Shown one piece after another: positions 51,423 to 64,000 of a stretch of 64,000 nt of DNA. The translations under genes were made by a program, and so were the position numbers. The first letter of the stretch is position 1; each line of letters opens with the position of its first letter. The notes under the pieces were generated by a model. It saw only the letters and a list, made by a program, of their open reading frames with translations. It was not told the DNA's origin and ran no database searches. The stretch covers positions 42,346,001 to 42,410,000 of the forward strand of contig NC_043004.1 in NCBI RefSeq assembly GCF_006345805.1, written 5' to 3'. This stretch comes from Octopus sinensis (taxonomy: Eukaryota).

Positions 51423-53166
51423 TAGTCTGATTTCCACTCTATATTATTTACAATTTTACAATATTATAATAATAGCATATATTTTATTATGATAAAACTA
51501 GTACTTTCATGCGTTGCGCAATCATTAGATTTACGTTGTAGTAGAAATGACAGTCGTATCCCACAATTGAGACCTGTAGAAGCATGATCAAATTTGTCCT
51601 TTAAATACCTTCCAAAGGGCTCCAGCAGGATGAATGTTACGAACTGCATTTTAACCAATCAGTATGTGACTTTGATGTGATGGTTTGGTAAACACGCCAA
51701 CTAATTTCTAACTGTATTTCGACTAATCAGTATGTGGCTTAGATGTCATGGTTTTGGGTTGGCACGTCAAGCAGTCTTTACTATGACTCTACCTAAAGAA
51801 ATAATTATTTGACTATATTTAGGAATGTTGTAAACTATATTCCGGTTTTCATTGAATGCTGTTGCTACTCTTCCTGCAAGTTCCTAGAAATATTACATTT
51901 CGATCAAATCAATGTTGATATGCTTAACACTACCACTATCATCACCATCACCTTTACTAATTTTGTTGTTACTGGTGATGATTGTCGTAGTAGTAATGAC
52001 AGTAGTAGTTATTATTAGTAGTACCAGTTGAACACCGGGTCAATGTAATCGACTCATCCCCTCCTCCCAAATTGCTGCCCTTATGGTAATCAATAAAATA
52101 ATTTTCTTTCGACCTCGATTGTGTTGTGCATTTTGTAGAATTTTCTGACCACAGGTTGCCAGATGGTCGCTTATTGGGATCTAACGGACATCAGGATCCT
52201 TAATTTGCTGTTGGTACAAGCGCAAACGTTCCAATAATGGGATCTCTTCAGTTTGGCTCACAGTTTTTTTTAATTATTTTCTTTAAATTAAACAGTTTGA
52301 AACTTCTTATACTGGTATAATTTCTCACGATAAACACAGTTTACTGTCAACACTTTTGACAAAATTTCGCATTTTAGAAGTTATTTCGTTTAAAAGTTGT
52401 CGTATTTCAGTAATTTTAACCAATCAACGACGCGTATTTAGCTGAAGAAACCTACTGCTGTTTGCGATAGTAATCAAAGAGCAACAGCATTCGGATCATC
52501 TCTACTATGTAGGTTTCTTCAAATGAGTGCACGTCGTTGATTGGTTAAAATTACCCGCATACGACAAATTTAACACGAAATAACTTCTGAAATACAAAAT
52601 TTTGTCAAAAATGTAGGTAAACCGTGTTCAGTGTGAGATAAGTTACACCAGTATAATAAGTTTCAAACTGTTTAATTTTACAATACTTAAAAATCTGTGA
52701 GTCAAACTGAAGAGATCCCGATAGTGCATTCTCAGTCAGAGCAACGTATATCTCTTCAGAACTCAGTCGTTTGATACAAAAATTGAAATTTCTGTTTTTG
52801 TACTTCATATATTCCGGTTTTCGCGTCTAAGTTACATGCTAATTGCCTAAGATATTTCGCTGAAATAAGCAGGATAAATGCTATGCTGGTGCATTCACCA
52901 AACCGTGACATCTAAGCCACGTACTGATTGGTCAGAATGCATTTTGTAAGATTGAGCCTGCTGGAGTCCATTGAAAAGTATTTAAAGTATTAATTTAATC
53001 GTTTCACTACAGTTGTCCATTGTGGAACACGACTGGCACTACATAAACCGATGATTGCACAAGGCATGGAAGTACTAGTTTTATCACAATAAATATATAA
53101 TACGCTATAATCTTAATATTGTAAAATTGTAAAAAAAATTAATAATAAAACGGAAAACTTAGACTA
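51423..53166. mobile_element. Foldback/MITE-like element with diverged ~275-bp inverted arms
   Basis: 51423-51698 aligns with the reverse complement of 52888-53166. Confidence 0.7.
52239..52719. mobile_element. Inner palindromic MITE (~215-bp arms, ~50-nt spacer)
   Basis: GGGATCTCTTCAGTTTG..TGAAGAAACCTAC versus GTAGGTTTCTTCA..CAAACTGAAGAGATCCC. Confidence 0.8.
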
Positions 53167-53217
53167 GGTTAGATTTTCCTAGATTAATGTATTTTTCTAT
53201 ACACAATCATACAAAAT

Positions 53218-53257
<40 letters not shown>

Positions 53258-53892
53258 CATGTGGCTGCGTCCGTGACAAAATTTTAGATCTATGTATATG
53301 TTCGAGCTTGCGTAGTTTGCCCACACACTATAATTGTCAGTTACACTTGGTCTGGTTTATTCAAGTTTCATAATTTCTGTCTTGGTTTCGAAATTGAAAT
53401 CTAATATCCTATGTACTATTAATGATAGTTGGTATAACGTTACAGGTCAACGCTGATTTATCGATTACTAAAAATATTACACTAGCCTCTATGCTATTCT
53501 ACAGTTTTAGTTTTAGACTGAATTTATAATTTATTACAGATAGTCTGTTTGCAGGGAAAGCATAATTGCCGTGTTTTCTCATAAAACTCTTCACATTCAA
53601 TTCATAACGCATTGTAAATAGTAGCATTTCTATACTGTCTCGTATTTATTTTGATTTTTACTATAATTCTTATCTTATATTTTGTTATATTTGTATTATA
53701 TACCAAAATATAACAAAATAACTAGCATCTGCCATTCATTTTTGTCATTTTGTCATCTTGTCATTCTCCTTTCAAACTTCCATACATATCGAATTATATT
53801 TCCAACTCGCATGAAAACATTCGTCTTGAACTTCGTAAGAGCGATAACAAGCACGTTATAATATATACATATATTATCTTTTCTACCTGTTA

Positions 53893-54320
53893 AGTCAGTG
53901 AGGTGGAAGTGTCGTTAGCATGCCGCACGATATGCTTAATAGCACCCTATCTGTTTTTACTTTCTGAGTTCAAATACCGTCGGAGCCGACATTTTCATCC
54001 CATTCGCGTTTGATAAGATTAATACATGTATAGCACTGGATATCGGCTAGCAGTTTGAAGGGAAACCAATATCCTTTATTCTATGTTAATAGTTTTTGTT
54101 TGATATATGCTAATATTTTACTTTGAAATAAAGGAAGTAGATTGGCTGGGAGATTAGATTGCGGCTGACGTTAAATGCAACATTACAGATGTTAAAGTCG
54201 GCGAATTGGCAGTGTTTGGAACGTCGGGAAATATGCCTTTCTGTACTTCTACCGGCTCTTTAGATTCTCAGTTCAAATATAGTTGAACTCACTTTATCGC
54301 TGAAATAAGGTGATTACATT
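53893..54320 (+). mobile_element. Two decayed OK-like SINEs
   Basis: CTGAGTTCAAAT and CTCAGTTCAAAT B-box remnants at about 53965 and 54270. Confidence 0.45.
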
Positions 54321-55312
54321 AACATGAAAAATTATGCAGAAGAAAAAAAAAAAAATTCTGAAAAAAAAAAATCCCTTTTCTTTTTTCTTTCAAAGTCCAG
54401 AGAGCCAAAATATCCCATAATCCTTAAGTGCAACCCATTTGGAAATGAATCAAAAATAATTTGATAATGTAAAATAAAATTATAAAAAAAAGAGAAATCT
54501 GGTTACAGGACAATCACACAAAACTATGAAAGTGAACAAAAGTAAAAATAAAATTAAAAAAAAAAAAACACTAGAAAAAATAATTTTTCGGTGGGATTAT
54601 TTCTTTTTCTAAGTAAGGTGTATTTTTTTCTGTAATAATTTTGCTTAAAAAAAAAAGCAAAAGACAGAAAACCCCTTAAGGGTGTATATACAAACACCCT
54701 CATTTTCAGAAGGTTCCATAGAAATTGCAATAACTTCATCCAAACAAAAAGTAGCGATTACATCTTCATTCGGATGGAGAAAGAAACCCTAAAATCTAAA
54801 AAAAATCCTTCCGAAAGAGTTGCCAATGCAGTGGACTGGACTCAGTCTAGGGAACAAACACCATTTTGTAGACAGGGACAATAGTAATAAAAAATGAAAG
54901 GCATTACTAGAACTGAAGTAGTAGGTGGGTGGGTGGGTGGGATCTACAAACCAACCTAAGAATTTTTGAAGGTGACAGAGAGACCTTGTCAGTCACCCGA
55001 AGTGTCTTTTTTTTTCGTTTTGGACAAATATATTTTCAGCACCATTATCCACCCCCAGCCCCCTTTTCATTAAAGAACAAAAAAAAAAAGGAAATTAAGA
55101 AAACACGAACTAAAGTTTAGCAAATTTGGTTTTCTTAATACTATATAACTTAGCACCCTTTTTAACACTGTTTTGACTATATACATACATATGTATATGA
55201 GTGCATAGACCAGGTAGGCAAAATAATGTATCAGTTGATAGTATCGACTAACACCTGCCCTAAAATTTACAACTCTTGTGTCTAAATCAGACATAATTAT
55301 TTCATCCCGTTA

Positions 55313-55490
55313 AGTGCAGTGGACTGGTAGAATCGATAGAGCGTCGCAGAGTCTACCTTGCAGTATTTGTTGTGGTTCTTTACATTCTTCAATGAAAACT
55401 CCCCGATGTCAACTTTGTCTTTCATCCTTCCGAGCTCGATAAAACAAAGTACCTGTAACGAATTGGAGTCAATGTAATGATCTACCTTCG
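55313..55490 (+). mobile_element. Decayed OK-like SINE
   Basis: GGACTGGTAGAATCG..GTCAACTTTGTCTTTCATCCTT..GGAGTCAATGTAAT. Confidence 0.5.
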
Positions 55491-56037
55491 CCCCGCTATC
55501 ATTTAATCCCTTAGAGCGTCCAACAAAATGCTGGACCGTATCTTCAATTGCATTCCGTGTTTAAATCATAAGTCATACTGAACTTAACGTTGCTGCTCAT
55601 CACAGTAGATCAATAACATAAAACACAAATCATATAATGCACTGGTCCCAGTTTAACCGACTACTTTTTAAACACACAGGTCTTGTGCATAGCCTAGCAT
55701 TGAATACCTTCTCCCTTTCTTTCGCGTTCAAATTCTGCCATGATCGAATTTACTTTTTATTTATCCAGTCAAATAATAAGCATCCTTACGTTCAGCATAA
55801 ATTCAACGACTGCTTCAATATCTTGTTGTAGAGTACTGAGTCAGTGGATCTGAGAACTAAGACGGGTTTCTCTGTCTATTATGAACAAAACTATCATTCA
55901 TATGTTTCGTTTAACAGGAATTTAGAAACGAGTTTGGAACATCAGGCTAGTAAAATATTATTCATATCATTTTCAATTATTCTGTCGCAAGAAGACAATA
56001 GCCCTTGGCGCCCAGCCCTTTCTCAAAAGCAACAACA

Positions 56038-56428
56038 GTGGATGCGCAATGGCCCAATGGTTAGGGCAGCGGACTCGCGGTCAGAGGATCGCAGTTTCGA
56101 TTCCCAGACCAGGAGTTGTGTGTGTTTATTGAGCGAAAACATCTAAAGCTCCACGAGGCTCCGGCAGGGAGTGGTGGCGATCCCTGTTGTACTCTTTCGC
56201 TCCAACTTTCTCTCACTCTTCCTTCCTGTTTCTTGTCCCCGACTTCCTACGCAACCGCTGAGCCTGGATGTGCATTTATCCATCCGTCGATGCTCTCGGT
56301 GTCAGGGGTTGACCTGCTTTCTCTTCTGCGGGTCTTACGAATAGCAAAGGACCACGTTTCGGTCTTCTCCCATCTTGCGAGCTCTGGGACGAAGACCGCT
56401 TCGCTCAACAGCAACAGCAACAACAACT
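56038..56428 (+). mobile_element. SINE, head A with tail 4, ending in (AAC)n
   Basis: Head and body as at 47274; tail not seen elsewhere in the window. Confidence 0.85.
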
Positions 56429-56689
56429 TATAAATTATTCGTTTTTATTGTTTTTTCTCTTGTTTTTCGTCATTTTGTCACATTTCGTTTCGTTGTCTGA
56501 CTTGAGATCATTGTTGTTTCTTTTCATTATAATATCCTTTCTTTAACTGCGTATTTTACTCGAATTAGTTGGCCACTTTCTACTGTAATGATCTGAACAC
56601 AAATGACTTTGTTTATATCCTGTACCTTCTTCACATCCTCTTCATGATGGAGCCACTTATTCTCGTCACCCTCCTCCTCTTTGTTGCCC

Positions 56690-57240
56690 ACCTCTTCGTC
56701 CTCGTCCTCCTCCACTCCCTCCTCCTCGTCATCCTCCTCCGCCTCGCCCTCCTCGCCCTCCTCGCCCTCCTCCTCCTCCTCGCCCTCCTCCTCCTCGCCC
56801 TCCTCCTCCTTCTTCTTCATCATTATCGTGACTTTCTTCCCCAATTTTTTCCAAGCATAAAATAAAAGTGGTAGGAGCATTTTCTGTAGTGACAACAGTA
56901 ACAAAAACAACAGCAACAACAGTAGCGGCAGCATTGTAGAAACCATCAGCAGAACCACTAACACCTACCACAAACTACCACCAGCTACCAGCACCACTCC
57001 ATCATTCCACCACCGCTCCACCACCACTAAGCAATCAGCACAACCATTATCACCTACCACCATCTACCATCACCTATCAGCAACACTCAACCATTCCACC
57101 ACCACTCTACTATTTCCACCATCACTCTACCATTCCACCACCACTCTACCATTCCACCACCACTCCACCATTCCACCTTCACTCCACCATTCCACCACCT
57201 CTCCACCATTCCACCACCACTCAACCACCTCCCCCCCACA
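56690..57240. repeat. Low-complexity (CCT)n, (CAA/CAG)n and ~18-bp ACCATTCCACCACCACTC minisatellite
   Basis: Direct reading. Confidence 0.85.
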
Positions 57241-57289
57241 ACAGAAGTAAGAAACTATAAAAACAGTGAAAGTGATGGCTCAAACACAA

Positions 57290-58240
57290 TTACGAACACC
57301 AAAACTACAAACAAAAAGATTTCTTTTTGGAAAAACCACCAACATATTTGTTGTGATGTCATTAGAAAGCAAAGGCAAGTATACTTTAAAGGAGGCAGAA
57401 AAGCACATATGCAGCATCTCCAGCGTTGTGTTCATGATGAGTATCTTCAGTCACCGTTTGTCAGACTATCTTTTCCGCAGGTCGTCTCTTTGATTGAGCT
57501 GCAGCACTGAGTCAAATGTTGAGCAAAGCGAGACACTTGGCACCTAGAGCGGGATTACACCCTTACACGCTATTCACGCGATTACACGCGATTACACGCT
57601 TACACGCTTACATGTTTCTGCCAGTCAGACAATACAGTTGGTGGAAATTATGCTATGATGTTCTATAGGGGTTTAGTGGTAGACAGTGTCGTCGATTCTG
57701 GGTGTCGATGAGCATGAAGTAGCTGGTCTGTTCTGGAGGGTACTCCCCACCGAGGACCTTGGATAATGACCAGAAAAGAGACAGAGCCACCAGTGGGTAT
57801 TGACGGTTCGAGCACCTCTACGGGCACGGATTTGCCATCAGCCGAGCCGCCCTATATCGGAAAAGACAATGAGATTGTTCTGAACTTATTCTTCTAGTAC
57901 CCGAACATTGCTTACTTGTGGATTTATCTCGAATATCTTCTTTCGCCTGTTGCACGGATCCGGCTATATGCTGACTCCATTTTAAATTTCGTCTCGCTGC
58001 CTTATTGTGTCCGGAAGTATGGACAGTAATTATCTTCTCGTGGCCTTCACGGAAGTGATTGTACGGTTGAATAAGCTCAAGTTAAACACACTTCTCTTTG
58101 GCTGATTCTTAAGGAATTTTCAAATTTTTGTTAAGGAAAGTGAGAGTGCAGAGTGAAGTACTGCTTTCAGGAAAACTTTTCAAGGTGGGTGAATATGGTT
58201 ATAGTAGTACAAGTTAACGGGCCTGCCTGGCCTGAGCATG
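57290..58240 (+). mobile_element. Old, diverged Tx1 ORF2 3' fragment
   Basis: Manual translation: SPFVRLSFPQVVSLIELQ, FYRGLV, NEIVLNLFF*YPNIAYLWIYLEYLLSPVARIRLYADSILN and RKVRVQ..RWVN align with copies A and B. Confidence 0.8.
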
Positions 58241-58432
58241 CGACTGTCATTTGAGAGAGGATGAATAGAGAGCACTTGCTCTTGTGGTGATATGAGAGTG
58301 GCTTGGAGGGTTGCCAGAAGCAGCTCTCGGACGTTTCTTCCCTTTTTAAGTATTTTTCGTATTTGAATTTTTTTGTTTGGTTTCATTGTCTTTGCTATTC
58401 TATTTTGTATATGCCTTTCATCAGTTCATACC

Positions 58433-58621
58433 TATTTATTTACTACCCACAAGCGGCTAAACATAGAGGGGACAAAAAAGTACAGACAAACGGATTTGCA
58501 TCCACCCCAATGCGTCAATGTTACTTAATTTATCGACATCGAAAGGATGAAAGATAAAGTCGACCTCGGCGGAATTTGAACTCAGAACGCAGCGGCGGAC
58601 GAAATACTACAAAGCATTTCT
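58433..58621 (-). mobile_element. OK-like SINE, 5'-truncated
   Basis: GATGAAAGATAAAGTCGACCTCGGCGGAATTTGAACTCAGAAC is the reverse complement of the 46867 family. Confidence 0.85.
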
Positions 58622-59054
58622 CACCACCACCACCACCACCACCATCAGGGTCGTCGTCGTCGACGCCATCATCATCATCATCATTATCAACATTCTTATT
58701 GTCTTTGGTGTTGACCCTGTTTTTATTCCTGTTATGGTAGTTATAGAAATCCTTCGTCTTTTTTTTATCTCTTGTTATTCCTCTATTATTACCTTTGTTT
58801 TCCACTGCTAATGCTCACGCTGCTTTCATTTTATTTTCTATCTCCATAGTTCCTTGTTTTGCTTCAATATTTACCATCTGAGAAGATATTCCCCAGACAC
58901 CACAACATCAGCGATGAAGGTTTTTATAACAGTGTTCTTGTTATGATTGTTGCTGTCATACATGTTTGTCATTGTTGATGTTGCGTTCGTTGTTTTCTCA
59001 CTTCTTCATAAGAATTGTCACAAATACTACTCGGCTCAAACGTGTGCCTGTTGT

Positions 59055-59247
59055 CGAATCACACACACACACACACACACATGCATACACACATACACAC
59101 ATACACGCACAAGCACACACATCCATGTGTACAAATGAATATATTCACAAGCATACATACACACACAAATATATATATATTATATATATATATATATATA
59201 TTTATATATGTATATACATATATATATATATATACATATGTATATAT

Positions 59248-59312
<65 letters not shown>

Positions 59313-59742
59313 CTATGTATATATGTCTGTGTGCATAAACGTACATAAACATATACCTAAACACACTTGTATACTTATTTACACAGGGCTGTGAGCGTAT
59401 ATGCGTGTGTCTTGCTTTAGAAGTATCTACCTGATTTCTTCAATTGATCACATTCTTGATGCGAATTCCAGTGTTTTATTGTTTACCTTCTTTAGCTTTT
59501 CATCGTTAATTCTTTCATTATTTCCTTTTTTATATTATACTTCATATTATACGTTTATTGCTCTTGTTCTTATTTAGTTTCTTCACGCACTCAATTCTTT
59601 TTAACGTCATTATCTTTGAATTTCTCTTTTGTTTCGTTTTCACTTCATTAGAAATCTCGCTTTACTCTCTGACTTTAGCACACGTCATGTTCTCTCCATC
59701 TCTTCTCTCCATCATCTTTCGTTTCCTTTCTTACACTTGATA

Positions 59743-59775
<33 letters not shown>

Positions 59776-59878
59776 TGTATGTTGTATGTATGTATGTATG
59801 TATGTATGTATGTATGTGTATGTATGCATGTAATTATGTATGTCTGTATGTATGTATGCATGTATATATGCATGCATG

Positions 59879-59934
<56 letters not shown>

Positions 59935-60062
59935 CATGTATATATATATCTATATATGCATATCTGTATACATACTTATATCCATATGTATATGTAAATA
60001 TATATTATATATACATATATATACATACATATACTCATAAATATATATATATATTTATATAT

Positions 60063-60104
<42 letters not shown>

Positions 60105-60253
60105 TATGTGTATACCTATATCTATATACATTATATATGCATGCAAATATACATATATATATATAGCTATAGGTATGCACATACATATATATACCTGTAT
60201 ATATATATGCATATATATATATGTGTGTGGATGTGTATATATATATACATATA

Positions 60254-60300
<47 letters not shown>

Positions 60301-60350
60301 TTATGCATGTGTGCAGATATATATATATATATATATATATACATATGATC
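59055..60350. repeat. Compound (CA)n/(TA)n/(TATG)n microsatellite field
   Basis: Direct reading, with a unique T-rich spacer at about 59360-59740. Confidence 0.9.
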
Positions 60351-61177
60351 ATGTATGTTTATATAAAAATATATTCAGATGTGTACTTGTGGCTCTCTAT
60401 TTTCAATCTGTCCTTTTTGTCAATCTCTCATACGTATAGCTATTTGTTTATAAGTGTGGCTTTGAGTGTGTATCTATCTACAACCGTCTATATTTCTGTA
60501 TGCTAATGTGACTATGTGTATATTTTGTTGTGCTTTCAGTAGCTTTTCTAGTCTGATATGGAATGTATTTGGCCTGTGTTAAATTTAAGAATTATAAATA
60601 TGGCTTGTGTGTCCATGTGTACATATATACATGTGTGAGACGTTTGAAAATATATACTGCACGTTGTTGAAAAACGTGAGTAAGGTGACAGACAGAGTTA
60701 TAGCATAAATTTATTATTGAAAGCAAAACAAATAGTAGAAACGGTTACAGAAAAAAAAATTCATTGAATGTCATTGCATATTCACTTCCTCATATTTCTT
60801 TTCCATATCCTCAATATTTCTCTTCATTGTCTGAATATGCGGTCGTCCATTTTCATACTAAATCACTCCATATTTCTCAAAACTTTCAATAGTATACAAT
60901 ATATGAGATGCTCGAAGTCAGGCAGCTCCTGTCGCTTGAGTCTATTTATCAGCGTATTCGATGGGAAACAAATATAACCAGAAGCGTAAGCACATAGAAA
61001 AGTATACGGATGTGAATTTACACGCACAAAAACACACACATATTGTAGAAGAGTGTGCGTGTGTTGAATGTATGGAGATGTGCATATAGTTTCCTAAGTG
61101 CAGTAAGCAAATGGTTGAAAATATGTCCAACTGGAAATGAGACGGAACTATTACTAACTAAAATGCATCATATATAT

Positions 61178-61510
61178 GAAGGCACGTGGCTTAGTGGTTA
61201 GGGGTATTCGGCTCAGGTTCGTAAGGTCGTAAGTTCAATTATCCACCGGCGCGTTGTGTCCTTGAGCAAGACACTTTATTTCACGTTGCTCCAGTCCACT
61301 TAGCTGGCAAAAATGAGTAGTACCTGTATTTCAAAGGGTCAGCCTTGTTACACTCTGTGTCACGCTGAATTTCCCCGAGAGCTACGTTAATGGTACACGT
61401 GTTTGCGGAGTGCTTAGTCACTTGCACGTTAATCACGTTAATTTCACGAGCAAGCTGTTCCATTGAGCATATCATCTGGGATCCTCGTCGTCGCAACCGA
61501 CGGAGTGCTC
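61178..61510 (+). mobile_element. CORE-like tRNA-derived SINE, head B with tail 2
   Basis: TGGCTTAGTGGTTAGG A box; GTCCTTGAGCAAGACACT..CTCCAGTCCAC..AAATGAGT core; tail shared with 47274. Confidence 0.88.
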
Positions 61511-61524
61511 CCATATATATATAT

Positions 61525-61591
<67 letters not shown>

Positions 61592-61924
61592 ATTCAGCTG
61601 AAATAGGTACTTAAATTGAAGCACTATTATAAGTTATAATAATCCTTAAATTCTTTGTTCTGACCAAATATACACCATTCTGATAAGTTCATTCTGATAC
61701 CTGAATGGTAGCAGGAAGTAAGTAAATATATTTATTCCGTGTATTTGTTAAGTATGTTGAGTAAGTCGAACTGTCACTAACGGTTGAAGAACATGAATTC
61801 ATCTGACTAAAACAGTTTCTTTCCAATGATGTAATATTCCTATCAATCAATTAAAGGAGTCGTTCGAAACCGCCGTAATGAATTGACGCCTGGACGCATT
61901 TGTTATTCATTTATATATAGATAT

Positions 61925-62045
61925 ATAATCAAAATAAGTAACAAGATATCAAGTATTAATCCAGTACGACCGTTTCAAGCGGTTATATACATTTAATTGA
62001 ACAATGTAATTATTGCATCAAATTAAATACGAATTTTCAACAGAA
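61925..62045 (-). mobile_element. Degenerate hammerhead-bearing repeat related to 36520-36640
   Basis: AAATAAG.AACA.GATAT...CAGTACGACCGTTTCAAGCG shared with the 36520 copy. Confidence 0.55.
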
Positions 62046-62539
62046 AATCCATATTTCGTGAACTGAAAATAGCCTCTCGAAACGATGATGCAGCATTGCT
62101 ACTTGACATCATGCTACTTATTTTGATTTTCTATAAATCTATATGTATATCTATATATATATCTATATATATATACATACATATATATATATGTGTATGT
62201 GTGTGTGTAATGCAAGAAAGTCGTAAGTCTAAAATTTGCTTTTCAGAAAACGAAAGAGTAGTTTCACCACTGTAAAGCAAAACCATTGTACTACAGCTTG
62301 ACAGATTTTGATATCTTGACATCTGAAGCAGCTAGAGTTACGCTACTTTGATTAAAGAGACGGTTATCGCAAGCAAAAATAACTATTAAAAAAAAAAACG
62401 CATTTGTCCGAAATTAGACATACGACAGAATATATGCATACGTTTGCCCATGTTTGTTTTTGTTCGGTTTCCTTGTATGTCTCCACTGTCATGTTTTTTT
62501 TACACCTTTGACGCTCCGGAAATCTTAAATTTTATTTTT

Positions 62540-62745
62540 AATTTATGGGAGAGACTGTCTTTGAAGACTCACATTGTGGATGAATGCTCGAAATGAGGAG
62601 TAAATTGATAGCTGACAAAAGGATGTAGGTTCGTTCTCTGTGTTTACTTGTCATTTTCCCTTTCTTTCTCTCGTTGTTTACGTATTTAACTCGTTTGTTT
62701 TCGTATTTCGTGTTGTTTACACAGTTAGTGACGTCCTGTACCCAT
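62540..62745 (+). mobile_element. Degenerate Penelope-like pLTR
   Basis: TTGAAGA..GCTCGAAAT remnant; 3' end GTCCTGTACCCATATAT as at 37700. Confidence 0.4.
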
Positions 62746-63194
62746 ATATGCATATATACTACATATGTGGAGAAACGGTATGTGTTTGTTTGTGGCGTTG
62801 TTAGCTAACTCCTACGTCGTTTTATTGACATACTTGGATTATTGAAAAAATCGATAATACGGCCCCTGGAAAGGAACCTATATATCTACCTCATATAACT
62901 ATTTATTTGAAACAACCAAGGGAAATAACCCATAGCACCTGCGCAATATTTTCTAAACGCTCAAGGGAAATAACCCATTTCTTTGTTTATGTTCGAATAA
63001 TTTGAATATTGATTTTTGTGTGTGCAATTTCTAATTGTTGTAGACACTAGGCCACCACTGGCTGGAATGGAGACAACAGTCTTCCAACGAAGTACTTTAG
63101 ACCGACTTCTGCATCCTTTGTATTTGGCATTAAAGTGTCAGTCCAAGGCCGATATGGCCGCAAAAACTTGGGGTGCAGAGCCCATTCTCACCGC

Positions 63195-63328
63195 CTCTTC
63201 TTGTTTGTTGTTAACACAAAATTTCGGCTGATATACACTCCAGCCTTCTTCAGGTGTCTTGGGGAAATTTCGAACCTGGGTTCTCATTCCTAAGGTATTT
63301 TTCTATGTTATTATTATTATTATTATTA

Positions 63329-63367
<39 letters not shown>

Positions 63368-63470
63368 CGTTGTTGTTGTTGTTATTGTTGTTGTTCAGGT
63401 CATTGCTTGGAATCGAACTCGGAATCTTGGGGTTAGTAGCCCGCGCTCTTAACCACTACGCCATATGCCC
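63195..63470 (-). mobile_element. Candidate composite SINE: tRNA-like head, (AAC/AAT)n linker, hammerhead-bearing tail
   Basis: Head GGGCATATGGCGTAGTGGTTAAGAGC..GAGTTCGATTCC (63395-63470) with A and B boxes and a cloverleaf-like fold; hammerhead at 63213-63259. Confidence 0.7.
63213..63259 (-). ncRNA. Minimal type I hammerhead with decayed cleavage region
   Basis: GACAC-CUGAAGA-A-GGCUG(10 nt)CAGCC-GAAAU-UUU/GUGUU; expected GAAAC-GUU. Confidence 0.65.
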
Positions 63471-63535
63471 CTAAGATTCCGAGATCGATATATCAGGCAG
63501 TGACCTGAACAACAACAACAATAATAATACTAATA
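63468..63535 (+). repeat. Inverted partial duplicate of the same tRNA head with (AAC/AAT)n
   Basis: CCCTAAGATTCCGAGATCGAT..GCAGTGACCTGAACAACAAC mirrors the minus-strand CCCCAAGATTCCGAGTTCGAT..GCAATGACCTGAACAACAAC. Confidence 0.8.
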
Positions 63536-63755
63536 ATAGCGAAAACTACTCGTAAGCTTAAGTTTTTCTCATAGCAAGGTAGAAGCACTGCAAGACAAAG
63601 ACACACCACGTGACAGTACGACGTGATACTACAACACCAGTCGGCAGATTGATGCCTTAGTATGGCATCAAGTGGAATCTAGTAGTGGAAGCCTGAACTA
63701 CAACAAGCTTGTCCCACGGAGAACGTTTCCACTTACACTTAGGCCGCACCCCTTC

Positions 63756-63789
<34 letters not shown>

Positions 63790-63912
63790 AATTCAAACAT
63801 GAACAAAGAGAAAACACAACGCGAGGACGTGGAACAAGTATAGTGTTATTGGACGCTCAAGAAAGGAAAGAAAGAAGGAAGAGAAGAGGGAGTAAGAAAA
63901 TCGCCAACGATA
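63790..63912 (-). mobile_element. Possible truncated Penelope-like pLTR between (TA)n and (TATG)n
   Basis: Layout (TA..ACGCTCA.GAA..GAAAG) parallels 44880-44940; no hammerhead core present. Confidence 0.35.
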
Positions 63913-64000
63913 TGTATATGTATGTTTGTATGTATGTATGTATGTATGTATGTATGTATGTATGTATGTATGTATGTATGTATGTATGTACATATGTGTA

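Noticed and set aside
56527-56964. 145-aa ORF with a hydrophobic N-terminus and Glu-rich tract, resembling a secreted acidic protein
   Set aside because: Built from (CCT)n and (CAA/CAG)n repeats that are open in several frames; no splice or homology support
62915-62985. Direct repeat CAAGGGAAATAACCCAT twice
   Set aside because: Only two copies and nothing indicating function; likely a local duplication
63016-63231. 71-aa ORF next to the tRNA-hammerhead element
   Set aside because: No recognisable domain in any frame; its end overlaps the antisense ribozyme

Overview
64 kb of AT-rich, repeat-saturated non-coding animal DNA. It is most likely octopus (coleoid cephalopod), inferred from tRNA-derived SINEs resembling the octopus OK/OR families and the very high (TA)n/(CA)n load. 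I find no supportable host gene, and nearly all ORF-track entries are microsatellite translations. All credible coding material is transposon-derived: Tx1/L1-clade LINE pieces (four ORF2 3' pieces, three ORF1 pieces), an R4/Dong-like RLE fragment, three Penelope GIY-YIG remnants, an RTE remnant, a Tc1/mariner remnant, Helitron termini and about 15 SINEs. Four things stand out. (1) About a dozen type I hammerhead ribozyme motifs folded by hand, mostly in Penelope-like terminal repeats next to (TA)n. One lies downstream of a tRNA-derived Pol III head, suggesting a ribozyme-bearing SINE (63195-63470). (2) Two young Tx1 copies are each flanked on both sides by same-strand (ATCT)n, implying microsatellite-specific targeting, and their 3' UTR hairpin shows a compensatory base-pair change in a third copy. 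(3) A 2.7 kb segment bounded by Helitron termini carries a nearly intact Tx1 ORF1 plus a second divergent ORF1 fragment, with no ORF2. (4) SINE heads and tails are swapped combinatorially. All family assignments are by eye from recalled motifs; no database searches were run, so novelty is untested and some boundaries are approximate.
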